Shown here piece by piece: positions 1 to 12,548 of a stretch of DNA of 64,000 bases. The stretch spans positions 248,001 to 312,000 of the forward strand of contig JABVCE010000030.1 of the NCBI GenBank assembly GCA_014905635.1, read 5' to 3'. This stretch comes from Scenedesmus sp. PABB004. Its lineage: Eukaryota. The stretch's first letter is position 1; each line of letters begins with the position of its first letter. Made by a program: the position numbers and the translations under genes. The notes beneath the pieces are model-generated. The model was not told the DNA's origin, made no database searches, and saw only the letters and a list, made by a program, of their open reading frames with translations.

Positions 1-1449
1 CCCCGGCCCGCCCCGACCCCGCCGCGCCCCCGGCCCCGCCGCCCCGCGGGCGCCGCGCCTTGTTGGCCTTGGGCCAGAGGAAGCCGAAGATCATTTTGAT
101 CTCCTCCGCCGTCAGCGGGTACTCGCGCAGCAGGCGGCCGACATCATACTCGCGCACGAACAGCTTCAGCGGCGCCGGCGCGCCGCCGTCGCCGCCGATG
201 ACGCCGCCGGGCGCGGGCGGGCCCGGCGCCGGCGACGGCGCGGCGGCCGAGATGGCCGCCAGCAGCGCCGCCTGCTGCTCCGAGAGCGCGGCGGCGGCGG
301 CGGCCGCGCCTGGGGCCGCCTCCACCGCCTGCGCCGCCGCCGGCGCGTCCGCCGGCGCGCCGTCCGGGCCCGGCAGCGCGGGTCTGGGCGGCTGCTGCGG
401 CTGCTGCGGCTGCTGCTGCTGCTGCGGCTGCTGCTGCTGCTGCTGCGGCTGCTGCTGCGGCTGCTGCTGCGGCTGCTGCGGCTGCTGCTGCTCCTGATGC
501 TGCTGCGGCTGCTGCTGCACCGCCTGCTGCTCTCGGCCTTCCTGCTCCTGCTCCCCGCGCGGCGACGCCTCGGCCTGCTGCGGGGCCTCCTGCAGCGGCG
601 GCAGCGGCGCCGGCTGCAGCGGCAGCCGGCCGGGCGGCAGCAGCTCCGACGGCTCGCTATTCAGCGCGACCGCGGCCTCCTCGAGCCGCGACTTGCGCCG
701 CCGCGGCGCGTGCTCGGCCGGCGCCGGCGCCGGCGCGGCCGCGTGCCCGTTGGCCGCGCCGCCGCCGTCGGGGGCGGCCGCGCCGCCCGCGGCCGCCGCT
801 GCCGCGGCCTCCTGCGCCTCCGCCGCCGCCGCCATGTCGGCGAGCACGTGCGTGCTCTCCACGTGCTGCAGCGCCGTCAGGTGCGCCATGGAGTGCGTCG
901 CGGAGGCGCGCTCGCCAAGCGCCTCCTCCACCAGCCCGCCGCCGCTCGCGCCCGGCTGCGCGGCGCCCGCGTGCCAGGCGTGTGCGGTGCTGTGCCGGCG
1001 GCTGCTCGGCTCCTCGGGCGCGGGCCGGAACACGCCGAGCCCGTGCTTCTTGCCGCCGCGCCAGAAGCCGTCGTACATGGAGCCGTCGACGTAGGTCTTT
1101 ATGCCGATGCCGTCGCGCCGGCCGTCCTGCGAGCGCGCGCGGCGGCCGCGTCGGCGCGGCGCGACGCGGAGCGGCGCGGCGCGACGCGGAGCGGCGCGGC
1201 GCGGCGCGGCGCGGGAGTCCTCGCGCTCGCACACCGTACCTTCCACTCGCCGTCGTAGCGCTGCCCGTTGTGCCAGACGTAGGTGCCGAAGCCGTGCATG
1301 ACGCCGTCGCGCCACTCGCCGTCGTAGTGGCACTGGTTTGGCCAGATGCAGGTGCCGAGGCCCGACGGCACGCCGCTGCGCAGCGTGCCGTAGTAGCGCG
1401 AGCCATCGGAGCCCACGAACGTGTCCACCACAAAGTCAAGGCCCGCCAT
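1..1449 (-). CDS. MORN-repeat protein with Ala/Gln-rich linker (3' part runs off the left edge of the window)
   Basis: ATG at 1449. Exon 1449-1240 reads YYGTLRSGVPSGLGTCIWPNQCHYDGEWRDGVMHGFGTYVWHNGQRYDGEWK. After a GT-AG intron, exon 1126-59 reads DGRRDGIGIKTYVDGSMYDGFWRGGKKHGLG, then poly-Q, then LFVREYDVGRLLREYPL...WPKANK, ending at an AAG|GC donor near 58. YxGxWxxGxxHGxG is the MORN consensus. Confidence 0.85.
390..520 (-). repeat. Coding (CAG/CCG)n tract encoding poly-Q/P
   Basis: Run of ctgctgcggctgctgc on the + strand, inside exon 2 of the MORN gene. Confidence 0.85.
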
Positions 1450-2126
1450 GGCCGCCGGCCGGGCGGCCCGCCGCGGGCGGCCGGTCAGGCGCGCCGCCGC
1501 CGGCGGAGCAGCGCCGCCGCGCCGCGCGCCGCGCCGCCCGCCGGCGCCCGCCCGCCTGCAGCGGGCGTGGCGCTGGCTGGGAGAGGGGGGCGGGGCGGCG
1601 GCGCCCCTAGGGCCGTCGTCGGGACCTGGCGGGCGCGGGAGCGGGGGCGCAGCAGCGAGACAACACATCAGCGGCCTGCCGCGGCGCGGCTGGGGGCCCG
1701 GCGCTTGCAGCGCGGGGCCAGGGCGGTCCGTGGCGATCCCGGCACCCCAACACCCCCGCCAGATGGTCGGTCAGCCGCCGCTCGCGCACCTGGCGCGCAG
1801 CTCGCCTGTTCGGCCGCGCGCTCCGGCGCAGCGCCGCTCCGTCAGCCGGCCGTGCGCTGCTCCAGGCCACCGTCACACGATTGCACGTCTCTCAGCGCGT
1901 CCACGCGTCGCTGCCGCCGCGCGCGCGCGCGCCCCGCTGCTCGCCGGCGCGCCGCCGTCTGCTGTGGTCGCGCCCCGCGCGCTGCCGTGTGGTCGCTGCC
2001 TAACTGGGACGGTCGGCTGGGGCGTGGACTCGTCTGCGGCGGCGGCGGTTCACGCATCCCGCGCGTGCGCTGAGCCCCGCGGCGCAGCGCGCTGCGCCCT
2101 CGACGAGAGCCCGCGCCCGCGCCCGC

Positions 2127-5100
2127 TCACGCGGCGGCGCGCGGCGGCTCGGCCGGCGCCTCCGCCGGCGCCTCCGAGTCGGTGCCGCCGGCGTCGTAGA
2201 CGTCGTCCACGCTCGCGTGCGTGGCCCAGAGCTGCGCGTAGCGCCCGCCCGCCTCGAGCAGCGCGGCGTGGCTGCCCGCCTCGACGACGCGCCCCGCCTC
2301 GAGCACCACGATCTGGTCGCACGCCGCCGCGGTGGAGAGCCGGTGCGCGACGAAGATGCTCGTGCGCCCCGCGGCGAGGCGCGAGAGCGACTCGAGGACC
2401 TCCGACTCGGTCTTGGCGTCCAGCGCGCTCGTCGCCTCGTCAAACAGCAGGATGCGCGGCGCCTTGAGGAACGCGCTGCGCGGCGGCGGGGACGAGCGGG
2501 CGGCGGCGCTCAGCGGCGGCGGGCCGAGGAGGGGCTGTGGCCGGCTGCGCGGCCGGCCGGGCCGCGGCCGGCGGCGCCGCCGCACCGCGCGATGGCGACG
2601 CGCTGCTTCTCGCCGCCGCTGAGCTTCAGCCCGCGCTCGCCCACAAGCGTGGCGTAGCCGTCCGGCATCGCCAGGATCGCGTCGTGCACCTGCACAAGAC
2701 GCCGGCCGCGGCGGCGGCGGCGGCGGCGGCGGCGATGGCGCGGCGCACAGACCCTCAACCCTGGCGCTGGGCGGCCACTAGTCTGCGGAGTGCGGCGGCG
2801 GCGGCGGCGGCGCGCACCTGCGCGGCGCGCGCCGCGGCCTCGACCTCCTCCCGCGTGGCGGACAGGTTGCCGTATGCAATGTTGTAGAAGATGGTGTCGT
2901 TGAAGAGCACCATGTCCTGAATAAGCATGGCGGCAGGCGGGCAGGCGGGCGGGCAGGCGACACACCCACCGTGAACGCAGCGCGGCACGGACGCGACGCA
3001 CCGCGGCGTGGCGGCCAGCGCGGGACTGCGGCGCCGCGCACCTGCGGCACGCTCGCCATCGCGCGGCGCAGCGAGGCGAGCTGGAGGCCCTTGACGCTGC
3101 GCCCGCCGACAAGCACGTCGCCGCCCTCGACGTCGTAAAACCTGAAGAGCAGGCGCAGGATGGTCGACTTGCCGCTGCCGCTCGCGCCCACGACCGCGCA
3201 GCTCGTGCCGGCGGGCACCCGGAACGACACGCCCGCCAGGATGGGCGAGTCCGGCCGGTACCTGCCACCGAGGCGGCCACGGCGCGCGGGTGAGGCCCGG
3301 CGGCCGCCGCGCGGCGCGGCCGCGGGCGACCACGCGGCAGACGCGCATGCGGGGCCGAGCGAGCGAGAGAGAGAGGGAGAGAGAGAGAGAGACAGAGACA
3401 GAGAGACGCGGGCGGCACGCAGCTTCGGCGCACCGGAACGCGGCGTCCCGGAACTCGACGTCGAGCGGCCCCGCCGGCAGCGGCGCCGCGTCGGGCGCCT
3501 CGCGCAGGCGCGGCTGCTCGCGCAGCAGCGCAAACATGGCGCCCATGTCCACCAGGGACTGCTTGGTCTCGCGGTACACGGTGCCCAGGAAGTTGAGGGG
3601 CATGGAGAGCTGCGCCGGCAGCGGCGGCGCCGGGCGGACAGAGAGTCAAGCGGCGCGCGCTCGCCACAAGGCCTCGCGGGCCCCAGGCGGTGGCGGCCAC
3701 GCCGCCGCTTGATCGGTTGGCGCCGTCCCGCACGGCACACAGCACGGAGGCAGGCGCCGCGCCACACACCGCGCACCTGGAAGAGCAGCGCGTTGACCAG
3801 GACGAGGTCGCCCACGGTGTTGGTGCCGGCGGCGATGCCGCCGCACGTGAGGGCCATCGCGCCCGCGAGGCTCGCGCTGAAGATGAGCGCCTGCCCAAAG
3901 TTGAGCAGCGAGAGGCTCTGCTGCGTCTGAATGCCGGCCTCCTGCGCGGCACAGCGGCACGCGGCACGGCGGCGCAGCGGTCGGGCAGCACGGCGCTGCG
4001 CGTCGGACGCGGCGCCTCGCCCGCCCCGCCTCGAGCGCGCGCCGCCGCGGGCCCGCCCACCGACCGCGGTGTGCGGTGCCACGCCGCCCCACCTGGTATC
4101 GCGCCATGCACTCGTCATAGCGTGCGACCTCGTGCTCCTCGTTGCCGCAGTACCTGCACGGCAGGCGGGCGCGCGAGAGGGCGCGGGAGGTGGCGGGCGG
4201 CGTGCGGTGCGCCTTGCCCACCAGCACACGCACGCATCGCAAACAAAGCGCGAGCGCCGCGCCCAGCCCCGCACTTGACGGTCTCATAGTTGATGAGGCT
4301 GTCGGTCGCGCGCCCGCTCGCCGCCGCCTCGGCGCGGTTCATGTGCTTGCGAAACTCCGTGCGCCACTGCGCGGCGGCAGCAACGGCGGCGGCGCGTCGA
4401 GCGCGGCGCGCGGCGTCTCGGCGCGCGCAGGCGGCAGGCTCAAGTGCCGCGGCGTGCCGCGCGCCGCGCGTCGCGCGTCGCGCGCGCGCGCCTGCGTGAC
4501 TGAGAAGGTGAACGCGCTGTACGCGGCGACCGTGCCGGCGGTGAGGCCCGCGAGCGCGGGGCCGCACTTGGCCGCGAGGATGGCCGAGACCATCGCGACC
4601 TCAAACGCGGTCGGCGCGACGTTGAAGACCATGCTGCTCAGCGTCCAGCTGATGCCGCGCGTGCCGCGGTCGATCACGCGGTTCAGCGCGCCTGCGGTGT
4701 GTGAACGGGACGGGCATGTGTGGGCGCGTGCGTGCGTGGAGGCGCGGGCGGGGCGCGCGGCGGCGCGGGCGCGGGCGGCGCGCCGCACCCGTCTGGCGGC
4801 TGAGGTGGAACTGCAGGTCGAGGTGGTGGAGGTGGCGGAACACCTGGGCGCGGCACGGCAGCGCCGCGCGCAGGCGCGTGGGCGGGCGCGGGGGCACGGG
4901 AGCGGGCCCGCGGCGGCGGGCGCGGGCGCCGCGGGCGCGCGTGGTCACCTCGCGCGCCATGCGGCGTATGACGCTCTGCGAGACCTTGGCAAAGACGACG
5001 TTGCGCAGCTCGCCGCAGAACGCGGCGCCCGCGCGCGCGGCGCCGTAGCCGAGGACCAGCGCGAGCGGCGTGAGCTGCAGCGCGCCGAGGAAGGGCGCCG

Positions 5101-6086
5101 TCGCGGCGCCGCTGGGGTCGATGTTCAGCGCGTCGACGGCGTGCTTGAACAGGAACGGCACCTGGGGCCGGGCGGCGCGCGGCGCGTGTGCGGGGCTTGA
5201 GCGCGCGCGGTGCCGTGCGCGGGAGTTAGCGGCGACAGCGCGGCGGCGCGCGCGCGCCTGCACAGTGAGCAGCTTGGCGGCGACCAGCAGGCCGAGCGCG
5301 AGGACGATGCGACGCTTGAACTCAGGGTTGTCTGAGCCGAGCCGAGCCGAGCCGAGACGCGCCGAGCGCAGCGGGCCGGGGGGTGCGGAAGGGCGCAGCG
5401 TGAGCGAGCGAGCCGCGCGCGCCGCGCGGCGGCCAGGGCCCCGCGCCGCCCCCGCGCGCACCCTTGGGCCAGAGGTGCTGCGCCAGCGTGGCCAGGATCT
5501 CCCGGTCGCTCATGCGCTCCGCCGCCAGCTCGTAGCTCGCGGGACCGTGCTCCGTGGGGCTCGCGGGGCCGTGCGGGGGCTCCTGCTTCGTACCCGGAGT
5601 GCCCGCCAGGCTCTGGTGCGCTCGCCGCAGGTGTGCGAGCGCGCCGGCGGCGGCCTGGCCGCTGCCGAGGCCGCCCGCCAGCGGCGCGCGGCCGAGCAGG
5701 CGCGGAGGCAGCCGGTGCCATGGCTGCTGCTGCTGGTGCTGTTGGCGCTGCTGCACTCCCTGCGTCGGCCACGGCGGCAGCGGCGCGACCCTGCCGCACG
5801 CCGCTGCCGCCGCCCACTGCTGCTGCTGCTGCTGCCGCGGCACTCCCGAGAAAGACGTTCTGCCGGCACCACTGCTGCCGCTGCCGGCCCCGCAGCCGCC
5901 GCCGTCGCCGGCGCCGGCCGGCGGCGTCCGCCGCGCGTGCGCCTCCGCCCGCTGCTGCTGCCACGCGCCGCCCTGCCCCGCGCCGCCCTGCCGCGCGCCG
6001 CAAGCGGCGTGGCTGGAACCTGAAGGAGCAGGTGACGCGCCCCAGCGCGCGCCCAGCAGGCGCAGGTGGCGCGTGGCGGCGCGCAT
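2127..6086 (-). CDS. ATM3: Mitochondrial ABCB half-transporter (ATM/ABCB7 family), ~13 exons
   Basis: Basic N-terminal transit-like peptide [11 protein letters not shown]. Spliced exons give [52 protein letters not shown], Walker [10 protein letters not shown], signature [13 protein letters not shown], Walker [13 protein letters not shown] and H-loop AHRLST. Confidence 0.95.
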
Positions 6087-6419
6087 CGCCGCTGCGCCGC
6101 CGCCCTGCTGGCGCGCCCCAGGCGGGGCTGCCGGCGCCGCCGCGGGCGCGACGCAGTGCCGCGAGTCAGGGCAACCGAACGGCGGGCGCCGCTGTCCGTT
6201 CTGGGCCGCCGCCGGCGCCGCACGCGCAGCTGCTGGCGTGCGCGCCGGGGGCCTTGCGCGGGTCGCGACGAGCGCGGCAGGCGAGGGAGGCTGCTGCCCT
6301 GGACTGCTGGTGCTCGGTCACCGGCGCACGCAGTTGCCGCGCCGCACAGCCGCGGACGGCGCGCTGAACCCCCGTCAAACCGCCGCGCACGCCCCCAAAC
6401 AACACGCACACGCGCCGCG

Positions 6420-7869
6420 TCACGCGCCGCCGGGCGGGCCCCCGCCGGCGTCGGCACCCGCGTAGACGGCGACATAGTCCACCAGCATGTCCGCCGGCGC
6501 GCGGTCGGGCGCGACGCCGGGGCCGACGAGGGCGCCGCCGACGGCGGTGTTGATGATGAGATAGAAGGGCTGGTCCAGCCACGCCCCGCCGCCGGCGGCC
6601 GGCCGCGGCATCCAGTGCACGCGGCGGCCGTTGGCGAGCCACGCGACGCCGCGGCAGGACCACTCGAGCTGGTACGTCGCCCACGCGCCGCCGGCGAGCG
6701 CGCCGGGCGGCGTGTCGAGCGCGCCGCCCGACCACGCGTGCCGGCCGGTCGCGGGGTCGGCAAAGTGCGCGGTGCCAAGCACGCGGTCCTGCGTGCCCAC
6801 GTGCTCCATTATGTCCAGCTCCCCGCTCGCCGGCCACACGCCCAGCGCGCCGCACTCGGCCCGCGCCGCGACGCCGCCGCCGGGCGCGGGCGGCGCGCCG
6901 CCGGGCGCCGGCGCCGGCGCCGGCAGCGCCGGCGGCGCGCCGCCGCCGCCGCACCCCGGCGCGCCCGGCTGCGGCTGCGGCATCATCCACAGCGCCGCCC
7001 AGCGCCCCTCCGCGGCGGGCACGCGCACGCGCGCCTCGATGACCACCGCGCCGCAGGGCCCCGCGCTCGCCGCGGCGGCGGCGCCGTCGGGCGCGGCGCC
7101 GCCGGCCCGCTGCGCGAGGCTGGCCAGCGCCTGCGGTGCCGCCCACTGCAGCAGCAGGCGGCCCTTGGTGTGGAGCTTGGCGCTGCTCCACTGGCTGGCG
7201 CCGGGCGGCGCGCCGGGGTTGGCGCAGGGCTGCGGGCTCGGTGACCAGCGCGACGTGATGCGCAGCACGCTGTCGCCGGGCGCCGCGGGGTTGGGCTCGA
7301 TGCCGGCGTTGGCTGGCGAGTCAGTATAACACTGAAGCTCCCCATTGCCCCAGCCTGCGGTGCGAGGCGGGCGAGCGGCTGGTCAAACGGCGGGTGCGAG
7401 GGCGCGCGCGAGGGCCGTGCCGGCGGGTCGCAGCGCTAGCGCTGCCAGTCGCAGCGCTGCGACTGGCCGGCGGGGCCCTGGCTGAGCGCGCGCGCTCACC
7501 CCTCAGGCCGTAGCTCGAGCCGTCGCCGAGGTCAAAGGCCCACGTCGAGGCGTTGAGGGAGATGAAGTCGTCCCTGAACAGCAGGGCCATGCCCCACGTG
7601 TCCATGCGCCCCTCAGGCCAGGCGGCGGCGGTGGTGGCGCGCTGCCGCCGCGCCGCGCGCGCCGTGAGGCCGAGCGGCAGAGCGACTGCGAGGATGAGCA
7701 GCACCGCCGTCGCCGCCGCCGCCGCACACGCCCACGCGCGGCGGCGGCCGCCGAACGCGCCGGCGCTGCTCGGCCGCTGGGGCGGCCCCGCCTGCTGCGC
7801 CTGCTGCTGCGCCACCCACTGCGCGGCGGCCGCGCGCTGGCGGTCGTCCCACAGCAGGTGCCCGGGCAT
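6420..7869 (-). CDS. Glycoside hydrolase family 16 (laminarinase/beta-1,3-glucanase type), N-terminal membrane anchor, catalytic motif intact (GH16a)
   Basis: Exon ~7869-7501 has a TM segment (AVLLILAVALPLGL) and LLFRDDF...WAFDLGDG. Exon ~7354-6420 has GWGNGELQCY, IEARVRVP, WAALWMMP, WPASGELDIMEH (ExDxxE at ~6804-6821), YQLEW and DQPFYLIINTAVGG...MLVDYVAVY. Confidence 0.92.
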
Positions 7870-7920
7870 CCTTCTGCGCTCCTTCTCGACCCAGAGCAAG
7901 CGCCGCCCGGGGCGGCACCG

Positions 7921-8480
7921 CTTCGCTGAGGTGAGGGGGCGAGAGGGCGGACAGGCTGGCCGGGGGCGAGCGCAGCAGGCGCGGGCGCGCGCCGCGGCGC
8001 TGCTGCGGGACAGCCGGCTGTCCCGCAGCGCACGGCGCCGTGCGCGAGGCGCGCGAGGCGGCCGTATTGCGGGCGCCCGTGAGCATGCAAAGCGTATGGG
8101 CGGGCTGCGTGCCTGCCTCAGCGCTCGTAGCGGCCGTGGCGGGCAGCGGCGGGCTGCTACAGCCGCGCTGTCACGCCTCGCGGCTCATGCGCCGCGTCCC
8201 AGGCCCTCCCCGCCGCTCCACACACTCTCCGCGCTAGTCACACGCGAACTGTCACGCGCCAGGCCGCGCCTGACGCCCCGCCGCGAGACAGCGACACAAG
8301 CCAGCGCCGCTGCTCGGCGCGCGGCGCCCAGCGCGGAGCCAGCCGCGAGGCGCGCGAATTGGGCGTGAGGCCAGCTCACGAGCCACCTCCCGGCAGCGCG
8401 GCGCCATGAGCGACAGCGGCGGCACGCCGCGCTTCCGCTGGCAGAGCACGAGCGCCGCCGGCGGCGCGCACGAGCCGTCC
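7921..8480 (+). repeat. Direct duplication copy 1 (matches 20671-21213): GH16/GT2 intergenic promoter plus the first ~25 codons of the large GT2
   Basis: Shared blocks include gacaggctggccgggggcgagcgcagcaggc, gccgtattgc..gagcatgcaaagcgtatgggcggg, ctagtcacacgcgaactgtcacgcgccagg and atgagcgacagcggcggcacgccgcgcttccgctgg. Confidence 0.95.
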
Positions 8481-8570
8481 GGCCTGTCACGGGCGGCGCC
8501 ATCAACGCGCCAATTACCGATCGGCGATCGCCAACTCGCTCAGGGCGGTTGCCCAGCACCAGCCGCGTGA
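8406..8570 (+). pseudogene. 5' fragment of the large GT2 gene (MSDSGGTPRFRW...), truncated
   Basis: Same start codons as 21133. Similarity ends at ~8480 and the frame closes at TGA 8568-8570. Confidence 0.75.
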
Positions 8571-10680
8571 TCACTCCGCGCCGTCGGCGCCCGCACCGTC
8601 GCCGCCGCCGCCGTCCGCCTGCAGCGGGCGCGTGCACCCGCAGCCGCTGCACTCGGCCCAGCGCGGCGCGTGCTTGGCGCGCTCGCAGTGCGACATGTAG
8701 CCGCGCACGTCGGCAAAGGCCTTGCCGCAGGAGCACGCGTAGCCGCCGGCGGGGCTCGACGCGCTGCCGAGGTCGTAGCGGCAGACGTCGCACGGCGCGG
8801 GCGACGAGTGCCAGAGCCGCAGCGCGCGGAAGACCTGCCCCGCCACGAGCACGTCCAGCGCCGCGTACTTGACCTGCGGCGCCCACGCGGCGCGCGCGGC
8901 GCGGAGCGGCACTGAGCGGGGCCTCGCCACGGCTCGCAGCGGCGCCGCCGCCGCGGCGCCGGCCGGCGGTCGCTGCGCGCGCTGCGAGCGCTGCGCCCGC
9001 CGCGCGCCTGGTTGCGTGTGAGCAGGCCGGCCTCCCAGTTGCTCATGGTGACCTTTTTGCTCTTGGGCATGTGCAGGCCGAGCACGGCGCGCGCGAGGCG
9101 GGCGAGGCCGAAGCCGTCGTAGCCGAGGCCCTGCGCGACGGCCTGGAGGTCGTGGAACGACCCAAAGTCGCGCAACCCGAGGCCAAACGTGCTCTGCATC
9201 TTGGGCTCGTCGCTCGACGCCCAGCTGAACCCGACGAGCGAGACCTGCGCCGCCGGGCGGGGGGCGGGGCGGGGTCAGCACGGGCACACGCGCCGCGCCG
9301 GGGCCGGGGCAGGGCCGGGGCCGCCGCCGCCGGGCGCACCGCGGGGTCGCGCAGGAACTCGGCCAGCGCGGCGGGGAGGCGGTAGTTCATCTTGCACGTG
9401 CGCACGAGCAGCGCGAGCCGCGCGCTCGCGAGCTGCAGCATCGCGACGGGCGTGAAGCGCCGCCCAAACTCGGGGCGCCACTCGAGGTCGATCGCGACGA
9501 CTGAGTCGGCCATGCTCGCGCGCAGCGCGCCCAGCGCGGCGGGCAGGTGCACAGCGTTCTCGACCACCAGCACCTGTCGGCGAGCGCGGGCGGAGGCGAG
9601 CGCGGGCGCGTCACACGGGCGGCGCGCGCGGCGCGGCGCGGGCGGCGCGGGCGCGCGCGTGGCAAGGCGCGCAGCCCGCGCGTCCCGCGCGCGCGCCTGC
9701 AGGCCGTCCGGCAGGTTGATGCGCTCGTAGCCCTGCGCGATCTTGAAGCTGGGGATGGTGGCCAGGTCGGTGGCCATCGCGCGGCCCCAGTCGACGTGCG
9801 GCAGCTGCACCTCGCGCCCGCACCAGCCCGGCGCGTGGAGGTGCCCGCACCCCGGCGGGCACGCCGGCACCGCGACGTGCGCCGCCGCGGCGGACGCGGC
9901 CGCGCGGCCCGCCGCCGCCGCCGCGGCGCCGAGCAGGCCCGCGCCCGCCGCGGCGCCGCGGAAGAGCGCCGACGCGCCGCCCGCCGCCGCGCGCGCGGCG
10001 GGGCCGCCGCCGTCGCCGCTGCGCGCGGCCGCCGCGTCGGCGCGCGCCTGCTCCTGCTGCCCGTGCAGCTGCGCGAGCACCTGCCGCAGCCGCGCCAGCT
10101 GCGGCGGCTTGGCCTGCGCGTCGCCCGCGCCGTCCGCGGCGGCGGCGGGGTCCGCCGCCGCGTCCTCCGCGCCGCCGGCGGCGTCGCCGCCCTGCAGGCG
10201 GTCGATGACCGAGGCGAGGCTCGTGCGGGCGCGCTTGCTCGCGAGCGCGCCGCCGGCGCTCGGCGCGGCGCCCCACGCGAGCACGCCGGCGCCGTCGGCG
10301 AGCGCGGCGCCGGCGCCGCCGCCGCCGTAGCGGGCCGCCAGCAGCGCCTCGGCCGCCTTGCGCTTCGCGCTCTTGGGCCCCGCGCGGCCGCTCGGCGGCG
10401 GCCCGTCGAGCGGGCAGGAGTCGGACGCGTTGCTGCTGCTCGGCGACGGCGCGGCGGCGGCGCCGGCGGCGCCCTTGCCGCTGCCGCACGGCGGCTGTGG
10501 CGTTGCGGTGGAGAGCCGCATGCGCGGCATCGTCGGCGCGCCCGTCGTCATCGTGCCCGGAGAAGGAGGCGCGGCGGCGGCGCCCGTCTCGGCCGCGCTC
10601 AGCAGCGCCGCGCCCCACGCGCGCAGCGCGGCCAGGGAGGAGTGTCGTGCTGCTGTGGCCGCCGCGGACCGCAAGCTCAT
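8571..10680 (-). CDS. DEDDy 3'-5' exonuclease (WRN/WEX-like) with C-terminal zinc-binding region, 4 exons
   Basis: ExoI VVAIDLEWRPEF, then VAMLQLAS, ExoII GFSWASSDEPKM, KSKKVTMSNWE and ExoIII QVKYAALDV. The C-terminus reads CDVC...CSCGKAF...SHCERAKH...CSGC. Exons ~10680-9698, 9573-9339, 9244-9008 and 8873-8571. Confidence 0.88.
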
Positions 10681-11174
10681 GCGGTCGCTGCGCCCTGCGG
10701 CGGCGGCGGCAGCGGCGGCGGCAGCGGCGGCGCATCAGCGGCCGACCGGCGGCTGCCGGCGCCCGCGGCGGCGCGGGGCGGCGGCACGTCGAGGCGCCGC
10801 GCTCACCCCGAGGGCGGCAAGCTCTGGCTGGGGCGGCGGGGCGAGGGGATAGGGGGGCGCCGCGCGGACGGCGGCGGCTCGCGGGCGGCGCTGCTGCCGC
10901 GCCTGGCTCTGCGGCTGCGCCCGCTCCGGCGCGTGCTTCGGCGAGGCGCGACGAGTGTGGGCGGTGCGTGGCGCGTCCGGCTGGGGCCCGAGCGGCGCGG
11001 GTCAGGCGCGGCAGCTCGCGAGGCGGCGGCCCCGCTGCCCCCGCGCCGATCGCGGTCGAGCGCCGTAGCCCACACACGCTCCCACGACGCTCGCGACCAC
11101 GCGCAGCAGCGGCAGCAGCAGCAGACGGGCAGCGCCTTCTCGCGCGAGCAGCAGCACCAGCGCAGCAGCACGCC

Positions 11175-12445
11175 ATGCTCGCTGCCGCGCGCCAGGTGGC
11201 GCAGGCGCGGCGCGCCGGCGCGGCGCCGGCGCCGGCGCCAGCAGCCGCCGCGCGCCGGCGCCGCGCCGCGCCGCGCCCGCCGCGCGGCGCCGGCAACAAC
11301 TCGACGCCCAGCGCGCTGTACGAGGCCAAGGTGCGACGATCGCTGGGCATGCGCGCATGCAGCCGGCGCGCATGCGGCGGCGCCGCCGCGCCGGGCCCCC
11401 GCGGGCGCTGCCAACCGCTGTGGCCCGCCGCCGCCGCGGCGCGCGGCCCGCTCGCGCAGAACTACGAGAAGGTCTCGGACGCCATGTCGTCGACGGTGCT
11501 CTACGCGTGCAGCCCGGACGAGACGGTGGACCAGGGTGCGCGGCCGGCGGCAGCTGCGCGGCGCATGCGCCACACGCCGCCCACGCCCACGCCGGCCGCG
11601 CCGCCGCCGCCCGCCGCAGCGCTGGAGAAGCTGGTGCAGTACCGCATCACGGGCCTGCCGGTCGTGGACGCCGCGGGCAAAGTGGTGCGGCGCGCCCACG
11701 GGCCCGCCCGGCGCCACGCCGCGCAGGGCCGCCGCCGCCGCCGCGCGCGCCCCGCGAGCGCGCGCCGCCGGCCGCGCGCCGCCGTGCTGTGTGTGCAGGT
11801 GGGCGTGGTCAGCGACTATGACCTGCTCGCCCTGGACAAGCTGGGCGCGGTGAAGAACGACACCGCGCTCTTCCCCGCCGCGGACGAGACGTGGCAGGCG
11901 TTCAAGGAGGTCAAGCGCCTGCTCGCCAAGAGCTCCGGCAAGAAGTGAGCACCGCCGGCGCGGGCGCGAGCGGCAGCGCCGGCGAGCAGCGCGGGGCGCG
12001 GCGGCGCCGGGCGGCGCGGCGCGGGCGCGCTCACTGCGCGGGCCCGCCCCGGCGCCCGCGCGCACCCGCCAGGGTGGCCGACGTGATGACCGCGACGCCG
12101 ATCACGGTGCAGCCCGACACCGACCTGGACGAGGCCGCGACGTGAGCCTCCGCCGCGCGGCGGGCGGGCAGGCGGCCTCCGCGCTGCGCGGCAGCGCGCG
12201 GACGGGCGGTGCCAGCCCGCCGCGGCGCCGGCGGGCCGCCGCCGCCGCCGGCTCGCTGCCGCCGCGGCGCCGCCCGAGCCCACAGCCGCGCCCGCCGCGC
12301 GCCGCGCCGCAGGCTGCTGCTGGCGAAGAAGATCCACCGCCTGCCCGTGGTGGACGGGCAGGGCAAGCTCGTGGGCGTGCTGTCGCGCGGCAACCTGGTG
12401 AAGGCCGCGCTCGCGGTGCGCCGCGCGGCCGCGGAGCAGCAGTGA
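11175..12445 (+). CDS. CBS-domain pair protein (CBSX-like, probable plastid transit peptide)
   Basis: Spliced exons NYEKVSDAMSSTVLYACSPDETVDQ / ALEKLVQYRITGLPVVDAAGK / VGVVSDYDLLALD...TWQAFKEVKRLLAKSSGK / VADVMTATPITVQPDTDLDEAA / LLLAKKIHRLPVVDGQGKLVGVLSRGNLVKAAL. Confidence 0.92.
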
Positions 12446-12487
12446 CGCCGCGGCGCGCCCGCGCGCGCCGCGCCGGCGGTGCGCGGC

Positions 12488-12489
<2 letters not shown>

Positions 12490-12547
<58 letters not shown>
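12490..12547 (+). repeat. (GGC)n microsatellite in the CBS gene 3' region
   Basis: About 19 perfect GGC units. Confidence 0.95.

Positions 12548-12548
<1 letters not shown>

Noticed and set aside
60..497. Poly-Cys 'metallothionein-like' ORF on the + strand
   Set aside because: It is the antisense reading of the poly-Gln tract of the MORN gene.
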